Source: Candidatus Electronema aureum
GTDB lineage: Bacteria; Desulfobacterota; Desulfobulbia; Desulfobulbales; Desulfobulbaceae
Assembly: GCA_004284765.1 (NCBI GenBank)
Contig: NQJD01000007.1
Span: forward strand, 60,001-92,000
DNA: 32,000 nt
Direction of reading: 5' to 3'
In this document: in pieces, positions 24,987 through 32,000 of the stretch
How the letters are laid out: each line of letters opens with the position of its first letter
Position numbering within the stretch: position 1 is the first letter of the stretch
Translations under genes and position numbers: made by a program
Notes under the pieces: model-generated
Seen by the model: the letters and a program-made list of their open reading frames with translations, nothing else
Databases searched by the model: none
What the model was told of the DNA's origin: nothing

Positions 24987-25724
24987 ATGAACCTTGTCCT
25001 TTTTGAAGAACATGAGCTACAGACAGGTGGTCTGCTAGTTCTATCTGACGTTCGGGCCGAGCATATCCGCAAGGTGCTTGGTCTTCTTGTTGACGACAGC
25101 CTGCGTATCGGCATGATTAACGGTACGTTAGGCCGAGGAACTGTTCTCAGTATTGATGCTGAAGCAGTGACGCTCGCGGTGCAACTTGACCGAGAGCCGC
25201 CGCCACTGGTGCCGGTGGAACTGATTCTCGCGCTACCCCGCCCGATCATGCTCCAGCGTATCCTCAAGCAGGCGGCTACGATAGGCGTGGGGCGTATTCA
25301 CCTGCTCCGCTCCGCCAAGGTGGAGAAATCTTTCTTTCACTCCCCTGCCCTGCTCCCGGAAAAAATTCGCGAGCGGCTACTGGAAGGACTGGCGCAGGCG
25401 ACGGTTGATACTCGCCTGCCGGAAGTCTGCATTCATCCGCTCTTCAAAGTCTTTGTTCAAGATGCGCTGCCGGAATTGGAAGGCTGCCGTCTGCTCGCTC
25501 ATCCCGGCGTGCTGCCTACCCTGCCGGAGGTCTTTCCCCGCAGCAAAGAGCGCATTCTTCTTGCGGTTGGCCCAGAAGGTGGCTGGAATGACTACGAGGT
25601 AAGCTGCTTTTTGGAGCAAGGTTTTGCCGCCTTTGCTATGGGCAGCAGAATCCTGCATGTGGATACCGCTGTGGCGGTGCTACTTGGCCAGCTTGCGCTG
25701 CTGCGGACGTTGACTGCTGGTTGA
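24987..25724 (+). CDS. rsmE: 16S rRNA (uracil1498-N3)-methyltransferase RsmE
   Basis: It shows AEHIRKVLGL, LILALPRPIMLQRILKQAATIGVGRIHLL and the C-terminal SPOUT knot GPEGGW...ILHVDTA. Confidence 0.85.
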   Translation: MNLVLFEEHELQTGGLLVLSDVRAEHIRKVLGLLVDDSLRIGMINGTLGRGTVLSIDAEAVTLAVQLDREPPPLVPVELILALPRPIMLQRILKQAATIGVGRIHLLRSAKVEKSFFHSPALLPEKIRERLLEGLAQATVDTRLPEVCIHPLFKVFVQDALPELEGCRLLAHPGVLPTLPEVFPRSKERILLAVGPEGGWNDYEVSCFLEQGFAAFAMGSRILHVDTAVAVLLGQLALLRTLTAG

Positions 25725-25727
25725 GTT

Positions 25728-28250
25728 TTACTTCCGTTTGTCTGTTGCCAGCACCGAGTAAAACTTATCGATCATCCGCTTGTGACTGAGAGCAACGCTA
25801 GAATCACGCAGCAGCAGGCTGGTCATGTCTTTTTCCGAAATCGGCATACTGAAGAGATAGCCTTGGCCTTCGTCACAGCGGCTTTTTTGAAGAAAAAAGA
25901 GATGTTCCTCGGTTTCAATACCTTCAGCGATGACCTTGAAGCCGAGATTTTTGGCAATGGAGATAATGCCCAACGTGATGGCCGCATCAGTCTTGTTGGT
26001 GGTGACATTGGTGATGAAAGAGCGGTCGATTTTTATTTTATCTACCCGTAAATGTTGGAGATAACTAAAGGAAGAATAGCCGGTACCAAAGTCATCAATG
26101 GCTGTTTTCACGCCCTGCTCTCGCAGTTTGTTGATCAGATCAACCGTGAATTCCATATTCTCAATGAGTACACCTTCGGTGAACTCCACCTCCAATGCCT
26201 CAGGCGGATAACCGGTGCTTTCAATGCAGCTCATGATCTGATGGTAGAGATCACGCCGTCGCAGCAGTCGTCCGGAGAGATTGACCGCCATGATGAATTT
26301 CTTAAAGCCCATGTCCCGCCATTTTTTCCCTTGAGCGCAGGCTTTGCGTACTAAGTCCAAGCCGAGCTTTTCGATCAGGCCGGTGTTTTCGGCAATAGGA
26401 ATGAAGGCTGCCGGAGAAATCATCCCCTTGACTGGATGCACCCAGCGGGCGAGTGCTTCCATACCGCAGATCGAACCGTTGGTTAGGCTGACTTGAGGCT
26501 GATAGTAATTGATCAGCTCGTTGTCCGCCACGGCCTTGCGTAGGTCGTTTTCCAAATACAGGCTTTCTGCCGCTTGGATTTTCATCCCGCTGTCCCACGA
26601 GCAGATGCGGTTGCCGCCTTCGCCCTTGGCCGCCTCCATTGCTGTGTCTGCATTACGCAAGATTTCCAACGGACTGCCACCGTCTTCGGGATAAACGCTA
26701 AAGCCGATGCTGGGCCGAATGAGAATAGCGCGGGCTTCATTGTTGACCGGGGTGCGGAAACGCTGCATGATTTTTTCTGCCAGCTTTTTAGCCCGCTCTC
26801 GGCTTGCAGGTGGTGGCAGAACTATGGCAAATTCATCTCCACTCAGGCGAGCAACTAAATCTGCACCTGCGTCGTCAGCACATTTCTTGAGAATCGTGGC
26901 TACGCTGCACAGGATTTTATCGCCGAAGCCAGGGCCAAAGATGCGGTTGATGCGCTTGAAATGATCGAGATCAACATAGAGCAGCGCAATGCCGCCCTCA
27001 GATTCCTTACCGAGCAGCGAAATAGAATCCTCAAGATACTGCTGAAATGAAGGACGATCAGCCAAGCCAGTTAGCGCATCTATGCCGAGACTGCCTGTAC
27101 GCTGATTTTCCTTGGCTGAAGCTGCGGTAGCAGGAGGAAAGGTGCAGCGTTGGAGAGCTGATTCGTTATCCTTCGGGAAAAGCAAGCAGATGTACCCTTT
27201 TTCCCTGCCCTCTTCGTCACCCTCGCTGCGGGTAATAGACAGGGCTGAAGGTTGTAGCTCGCATTTCTGCTCATCCTGGGCACCTTGGAGCAGTGCCGCC
27301 TTGCCCTGCCAACTGCCTTTTTCTTCGGCCTCTTGCAGTGCTTCTTCTAAGCTCTGGTTTGGTTCGGTCAGTTCAATCAGCTGATCAAGCCGTTTGGTCT
27401 GTACTGCGTTCAGTGTGCAGTCACAGCGATTGAGGAAAACAGGATTCGCATATAGAATTTTCTGTTCTACGCTGATAAACAGGATGCCGCAGCTTTGACT
27501 ATCCATGACCTGTCGCCGGATAGACAGCTCTTTCTGCATCCTAAACGAGGCAGTTCTGGCCTGATGGAGTTGGGATTTGTATTGCATCAACTGCTGATGC
27601 AGGATTTCAACGCCGACATCCGGCTCTGCTGCCACGTCCCCGGTTTCTTCATCAAGAGGTGTTAGTTGTTCCTCTTCCTCATGTACTTCCGGCTCTGGCT
27701 TTGGTGCTTCGCTCTTTTTTTCGTCGATCTTCAGCTCGACAGGCGGCACAGCCACAGTCGGTTTGATGCTGTCATTTTCTGATGGTGCAACTTCTTCTTG
27801 CTGTTCACGCCCAATACTTATTGTGCCCCAGCTCATGATATGTTCTTCACAAAAAATGACTGCTGGAACGCTGTGGCCCGGAGCAAGTCCTTTGCTTCGG
27901 CTCACCGGCTTAACCGTCACGGTAAAACAAACCGGCCCAGTTTTTATCACGCTGATTAAGCGGGAAAACTGGCGAAACGGCTCAACCGTCAGCTGTGGTT
28001 CCTCAACGCCATCTATTACAAAAGTTAGCTGGAAAACAGTCTCTTGCTGTTCTGAGGACGGAGGCAGGCGCAGCTCTTCCGGCTGCCAGCTGATGACCGC
28101 GCTGGCACTGGTACTGTTTTTGTTTTTATCAAGAAAGGGGAAAGGGCTTTTGAACCGGCAGAACTGGCAGGTGAAGCTGTTGGTTTCAATCAGAGCCGGG
28201 CTTAGAGTGATGCTATTCCGCTGTCCGCATTCCTCACAAAAGAGAATCAT
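25728..28250 (-). CDS. Cytoplasmic c-di-GMP turnover protein: N-terminal zinc ribbon, unknown domain, acidic linker, PAS-like region, GGDEF (SGDEF) and EAL
   Basis: The N-terminus is MILFCEECGQRN...FTCQFCRF (CxxC-N21-CxxC). The GGDEF domain reads LYVDLDHFKRIN...RLSGDEFAIV. The EAL domain shows MEALARW, DDFGTGYSS, KIDRSF, EGIETEE and QGYLF. No TM segments are present. Confidence 0.9.
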   Translation of the reverse strand: MILFCEECGQRNSITLSPALIETNSFTCQFCRFKSPFPFLDKNKNSTSASAVISWQPEELRLPPSSEQQETVFQLTFVIDGVEEPQLTVEPFRQFSRLISVIKTGPVCFTVTVKPVSRSKGLAPGHSVPAVIFCEEHIMSWGTISIGREQQEEVAPSENDSIKPTVAVPPVELKIDEKKSEAPKPEPEVHEEEEQLTPLDEETGDVAAEPDVGVEILHQQLMQYKSQLHQARTASFRMQKELSIRRQVMDSQSCGILFISVEQKILYANPVFLNRCDCTLNAVQTKRLDQLIELTEPNQSLEEALQEAEEKGSWQGKAALLQGAQDEQKCELQPSALSITRSEGDEEGREKGYICLLFPKDNESALQRCTFPPATAASAKENQRTGSLGIDALTGLADRPSFQQYLEDSISLLGKESEGGIALLYVDLDHFKRINRIFGPGFGDKILCSVATILKKCADDAGADLVARLSGDEFAIVLPPPASRERAKKLAEKIMQRFRTPVNNEARAILIRPSIGFSVYPEDGGSPLEILRNADTAMEAAKGEGGNRICSWDSGMKIQAAESLYLENDLRKAVADNELINYYQPQVSLTNGSICGMEALARWVHPVKGMISPAAFIPIAENTGLIEKLGLDLVRKACAQGKKWRDMGFKKFIMAVNLSGRLLRRRDLYHQIMSCIESTGYPPEALEVEFTEGVLIENMEFTVDLINKLREQGVKTAIDDFGTGYSSFSYLQHLRVDKIKIDRSFITNVTTNKTDAAITLGIISIAKNLGFKVIAEGIETEEHLFFLQKSRCDEGQGYLFSMPISEKDMTSLLLRDSSVALSHKRMIDKFYSVLATDKRK

Positions 28251-28537
28251 AGATATTGCATCGGAAGAGTAAAAGATTTACTGTACGCCCTGCGCTGCCC
28301 GCAGCGAAAAGCGGCAGCGGAAACCCGACAGCCTGCTTGTTATTTTTCTATTGGTGAAAATACCATGTATTCTGGCTGCGGTCAATGACCGGGCAGTCTT
28401 TACCTATGCCGCATATCCCAGCTGCTTTCCTGCGAAAGAATCCACAAAATATGTACATCTTGCCCAAGGAGCAGTCCTGAGCGAGGAAATATTGTTCTGC
28501 ACCCTGCCGGACAGAGACCGGAACAAGGAAACACACG

Positions 28538-29071
28538 ATGAGTGAAAACGGACAAAAAGGCCTATTGATAGTCTATACCGGCAACGGCAAGGGCAAGACC
28601 ACTGCCGCCCTCGGCTTGACCTTGCGCGCTCTCGGTCACGGTCACCGGGTTTGCTTTATTCAGTTCATCAAAGGCAGCTGGAAGTACGGCGAGCTGACCG
28701 CAGTGGAACGTTTTGCCGATTTGCTCGACTTTCATGTGATGGGCCGTGGTTTCACTTGGAAATCCGATGATCTGGAAAAAGATGCCGCTGCTGCCCGTGA
28801 GGGCTGGGAACTGGTACAAAAGATCATCGCCGAAGGAAGACATCAGCTGGTAGTTTTGGACGAGCTGACCTACTTGGTCAGGTACAACATGCTGTCTGAA
28901 CAGGAAATCTTAGACGTGCTGGCGCGACGCGGGCCGTCTGTGCATGTGGTGGTTACGGGCCGAGGAGCTGGAGAACAGCTCATGCAGGCTGCTGATTTAG
29001 TCACCGAGCTGCGCGAGGTTAAGCACCCCTACCGACAAGGAATCAAGGCGCAGAAGGGAATTGAATTCTAA
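28538..29071 (+). CDS. cobO: Cob(I)yrinic acid a,c-diamide / cob(I)alamin adenosyltransferase (CobO/BtuR type)
   Basis: It shows GLLIVYTGNGKGKTTAALGLTLRALGHGHRVCFIQFIKG...GE and VLDELTY, and has the typical length of about 177 aa. Confidence 0.9.
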   Translation: MSENGQKGLLIVYTGNGKGKTTAALGLTLRALGHGHRVCFIQFIKGSWKYGELTAVERFADLLDFHVMGRGFTWKSDDLEKDAAAAREGWELVQKIIAEGRHQLVVLDELTYLVRYNMLSEQEILDVLARRGPSVHVVVTGRGAGEQLMQAADLVTELREVKHPYRQGIKAQKGIEF

Positions 29072-30201
29072 GGCGCAGCAGGCCCGTCTTCCCGCTCCTG
29101 CTTTCTCTGAGAGCGATCTTCGTCCAACTGCTGAAGACCTTCCATCAGCAGCTTCATAAAATAACCAATCTCAGGCGCATCAAAATCCTCTGGCGGCAAG
29201 CCAGGATTAAACTTGAAGCGACCTTTCTTTTCTCTAAGTATCTTGAAGAACGCTTCTTTACCCTTCTGTCCGTCGTAAGATGCCTTGATCAGCGCACCTT
29301 GCCGCAGTGAGAAACGGGCCGTACCTTTTGACACTTCTGTAATAGTGAGAATACCGGTCTTGGCGTTGGCGTGCAGGGTTTGAAACAGGGCTTCCGGCGG
29401 AATTTCCTCTAATCTGCCGATCATCCCAGAAGCATAGTCATCAAAACGAATTTTGTTCGAGCGGCTTAGGCGCTGGGCCATCAGTTTAGTGAAATAACGC
29501 TGCATGGTCGGATAGCGATCTAACACGAGCTGAAAATGGCGGTGGTGGACGCTAAGAATCTTGCAATCCATCGCCGCTTGGACAGTAGCCCCGATGTTCT
29601 CGTCGCAAATCAGGCTCATTTCACCGAAAACTTCCCCTTGCTCTAAGGTCGAGATAGAAATACCGGTATCGTTGAGAATGCTCACCTTGCCCTCGGCCAC
29701 AATATACAGCTTACTGCCCGGTGCGCCTTGACGGATGATAATGTCGTCCTTCTTAAATTCCTCCAGCTCGGCATGGCGCAGCAATTCAGCTAAACTTTCA
29801 TGACTGATGATCTGGAAAAAAGGGAAGCGGCTCAATTCATCAAGCAGAGTGGAGAGTTCCTTGTTGCTGTTCAGCAGAGCTTCCTGCTCTGGGCCAGTTT
29901 TTCTATTCCGGTTGTGTTCCAAGCGGAGGGAGCCGGTGCAACCAGTGCAGGAAATCAGACAGTCTGGGATTTGGTCGGCACGCTCATATTTGATGATGAT
30001 TTTGACTAAATCGCCGTAGAGAATTTCACAATTTTCCCGGTTCTGATTAGTATGAACAGCAGTACTGTTGACAAAGGAGCTGTCTCCGCCGTTGGTTCGC
30101 ATCATCACTGCCACGCCAGAAACCGTGAAGGAATCACCGTACTGGAACTTTGGACAGTTCAGGGTCTCGCAGACCCGAAAGATTACTCGTGGAACTCCCA
30201 T
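29068..30201 (-). CDS. Cyclic-nucleotide-binding protein with a Cys-rich N-terminal domain and a C-terminal PATAN/DUF4388 domain
   Basis: The N-terminal domain has 6 Cys (VCETLNCPKF...NCEILYG...PDCLISCTGCTG). The cNMP domain reads FKKDDIIIRQGAPGSKLYIVAEGKVSI...GEVFGEMSL. The DUF4388 pattern reads GRLEEIPPEALFQTLHANAKTGILTI...GALIKASYDGQKGKEAFFKILREKKGRFKF. Confidence 0.8.
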   Translation of the reverse strand: MGVPRVIFRVCETLNCPKFQYGDSFTVSGVAVMMRTNGGDSSFVNSTAVHTNQNRENCEILYGDLVKIIIKYERADQIPDCLISCTGCTGSLRLEHNRNRKTGPEQEALLNSNKELSTLLDELSRFPFFQIISHESLAELLRHAELEEFKKDDIIIRQGAPGSKLYIVAEGKVSILNDTGISISTLEQGEVFGEMSLICDENIGATVQAAMDCKILSVHHRHFQLVLDRYPTMQRYFTKLMAQRLSRSNKIRFDDYASGMIGRLEEIPPEALFQTLHANAKTGILTITEVSKGTARFSLRQGALIKASYDGQKGKEAFFKILREKKGRFKFNPGLPPEDFDAPEIGYFMKLLMEGLQQLDEDRSQRKQEREDGPAAP

Positions 30202-30258
30202 TGCCTACTTGACGTATCCTGTCAGTCTCTCTGAAAATGAGGTGAAAAATCATGCTGC

Positions 30259-31911
30259 ATGGTCTATTATGACCAGAAAGTTTTCGTGAGCGCAACGTTT
30301 TTGTCGAAAAACATGTTTCTTTCCGGCAGCAGCCAGATGACCGCCATGCTAAGAACCTGCGTGACATCCACAGGGAAATTTCGGGTCGGCGTACACCGAC
30401 CAAGCTATGCTGTTCGTAATTTGCGAGACCAAGATTTTTTGCTGCGTCTCGGCACACTGCCCGACGGCACCGTAGTGGACAATCAAGCGAATTTCCCCTC
30501 GGGCGATGTGCGTGAGACGGAAGGCCGCTGGATTTACGAAATCCCCAATGCCTTTCCTTGTCACGGCGCGACCTATATTGACTCCGTTTGGGCAGCGGCG
30601 CGTGCTGAGAACCCCGGCCTGATTCAAATTGAACCGCCGCCGGAATGCTCCCTCTCGCAGTCGCTTGGCCTGAGCGAAGAAGAACGACGAAGTGTGCTTG
30701 ACCACCTGCCTTTACCGCTGAAATACGCTTTAGCCGCTAGTTCCACCGACCCAGAAGAGCTGATTCTGCTGGCGCACACCTGCTGCCGGATGGAGTTTAA
30801 CGGCGAAGGTCAGCCCGTCGGCCTGAAATATTTGCGGCCCGGCAAAGCGGACATTGATGATTTCGAGCTGTTCGAGACCATTGCCAATAACCCACATCTG
30901 CCTGATCAATACAAAGAGATCATGGTGCTGCGGCCCGGTGTGCAGGGCAACAGCGAGATTATTGGCCGTTACGCAGAGGACACCCATGTGTTCGAGTACC
31001 TGCGCCGTAACTCCTATATCCCGTGGGGCCATTATGCCGCCAACATGGCGCACGATGCTGTCCGCTACCGCACCTCTGATCTGACCTTCAGCGACATCAG
31101 AGGATTGCGCCATCTCTATTATCAGCGAATGATCGTCACACTGGCCGAACGCTTCGGCATCAATCTTGATTTGCCCAAACGCAGTTTGACGACGGATGAG
31201 CTGGAATCTTTGCGCAGAAAAGTGCTGACAGCGGCAGAACAAAGCGGCCAGCATCCAGCCACGCTTTGGGGCTGGAATTTCGGTTATGATTTCTCCGGCT
31301 CCGGTTATCGGCTCCATGCCTCCCATCAGATGATTCATCAGCAGTACGCGCTCACTCCTGAAGAGATTGAGACAACGGACGGCGACGCGATGCCGAGCTA
31401 TAGTTGCGGTGATCAAGTGGCAGAAGTGATTGCACAGTACGGTGGCGATTTTTTTTGTGATTATCTTCGCTGCATCCGCGAGAATAAGCGCACAGACCGC
31501 GATCCGGCAAAAGAGCGCAGTTTAATTGTCCACGAAGATGCAAACATGCTGCTTTTTGTGCCCAAGGCGCAGACTTCACAGTGGGAATTGCAGCTCATGG
31601 TTATTGCCGATGCGGATGGCCAGCCAATCGGCAATGTGCTGGAGGCGGACGCGGCGGTGCGCGAGTCAATTGACCGTGGCATCCTGCTGGCCCAGCATAT
31701 CTTTGCAAAACTGGGGGCAAGAATGGTCACTTCGCTGGAATACTCCAAGCGGATCGGCATCCGCAACGGCCAGCGGCTGCTCTATGCCTTTCTGCCCAAG
31801 CTGCCGTGGTCAATGGGCGCATTCAGCGAGGCCCAGCACCGGTATATCAGCAGTCATTTTCCAGAGGATTTTGCGACGGCGTGCCGCAGGCAGATTGAAC
31901 ACATTCAATGA
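30259..31911 (+). CDS. Conserved-looking hypothetical protein (550 aa); C-terminal half has GalT/HIT-like nucleotidyltransferase traits
   Basis: This is a long open frame with the GC-normal composition of neighbouring genes. Motifs GSGYRLHASHQMIHQQ, MLLFVPKAQTSQWELQLMV and FLPKLPWSMGAFSEAQHRYISSHFPEDFA resemble the HPHGQ / VPYWA.WPFE / GYE..AE.QR....EQAA regions of GalT. The start codon is uncertain; 30313, 30337 and 30346 are alternatives. Confidence 0.55.
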   Translation: MVYYDQKVFVSATFLSKNMFLSGSSQMTAMLRTCVTSTGKFRVGVHRPSYAVRNLRDQDFLLRLGTLPDGTVVDNQANFPSGDVRETEGRWIYEIPNAFPCHGATYIDSVWAAARAENPGLIQIEPPPECSLSQSLGLSEEERRSVLDHLPLPLKYALAASSTDPEELILLAHTCCRMEFNGEGQPVGLKYLRPGKADIDDFELFETIANNPHLPDQYKEIMVLRPGVQGNSEIIGRYAEDTHVFEYLRRNSYIPWGHYAANMAHDAVRYRTSDLTFSDIRGLRHLYYQRMIVTLAERFGINLDLPKRSLTTDELESLRRKVLTAAEQSGQHPATLWGWNFGYDFSGSGYRLHASHQMIHQQYALTPEEIETTDGDAMPSYSCGDQVAEVIAQYGGDFFCDYLRCIRENKRTDRDPAKERSLIVHEDANMLLFVPKAQTSQWELQLMVIADADGQPIGNVLEADAAVRESIDRGILLAQHIFAKLGARMVTSLEYSKRIGIRNGQRLLYAFLPKLPWSMGAFSEAQHRYISSHFPEDFATACRRQIEHIQ

Positions 31912-31927
31912 TGAAGGATATGGAGCC

Positions 31928-32000
31928 ATGAAAAAAGTCGCATCGCTGAAATACGGGGTCGTTTTCAGAAAGGCGTTCTGCGATCCTGAGATATTCACCG
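31928..32000 (+). CDS. 5' end (24 codons) of an unidentified gene; possibly a PD-(D/E)XK/Rpn-like nuclease N-terminus
   Basis: An ATG at 31928 follows AGGATATGGAG. MKKVASLKYGVVFRKAFCDPEIFT resembles the D..FKK.FG N-terminal motif of that family. The fragment is too short for a firm call. Confidence 0.3.
   Translation, partial: MKKVASLKYGVVFRKAFCDPEIFT

Noticed and set aside
28293-28319. A GC-rich hairpin (CGCTGCC(C)GC ... GCGGCAGCG, 9 bp with one bulge)
   Set aside because: No U-tract follows on either strand, so it is not a convincing intrinsic terminator. It may be part of a 5' UTR structure, but I cannot assign a function.
28348-28545. Two small ORFs (62 and 64 aa) in the cobO / GGDEF-EAL intergenic region
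   Set aside because: They mirror each other on opposite strands, one starts with TTG, and neither has an SD or any motif. The region is more likely regulatory.
30730-31416. A 228-aa minus-strand ORF
   Set aside because: It is antisense to the longer 550-aa frame, has no SD and shows no recognisable motifs.

Overview
The window reads as a chromosomal segment from a Gram-negative bacterium. Gene content suggests a Desulfobacterota/deltaproteobacterium-like organism, but that is inference only. Bases 1-16587 form a type IV pilus (T4P) accessory locus. On the minus strand it holds a minor-pilin operon: two FimT/GspH-like paralogs, pilW-, pilV- and pilX-like genes, and a giant Cys-rich pilY1 (at least 1515 codons) that runs off the left edge and is missing from the ORF track. 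Next come a pilS/pilR-type sigma54 two-component pair, then a divergent pilA with a near-consensus sigma54 promoter and phased palindromic upstream sites. Directly after pilA sit three co-oriented, overlapping genes for a TMTC-like GT-C/TPR protein, a VKOR::DsbA fusion and a second GT-C glycosyltransferase. I flag this trio as a candidate undescribed pilin/adhesin maturation module. Bases 16575-25724 are housekeeping genes: plsY, asd, a prs-like gene, corA, leuB, rsmG, hemA, a ccsA/hemX-like gene, sirC and rsmE. Bases 25728-32000 hold signalling and orphan genes: a zinc-ribbon GGDEF-EAL protein, cobO, a Cys-rich cNMP-binding PATAN/DUF4388 protein, a 550-aa orphan with GalT/HIT-like traits, and a 24-codon gene start at the right edge. 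I found no rRNA, tRNA, CRISPR array or recognisable IS/integrase. Three blocks are markedly AT-rich relative to their neighbours: the fimT pair, the TMTC-like gene and corA. All homology calls come from motif recognition by eye, with no database search.
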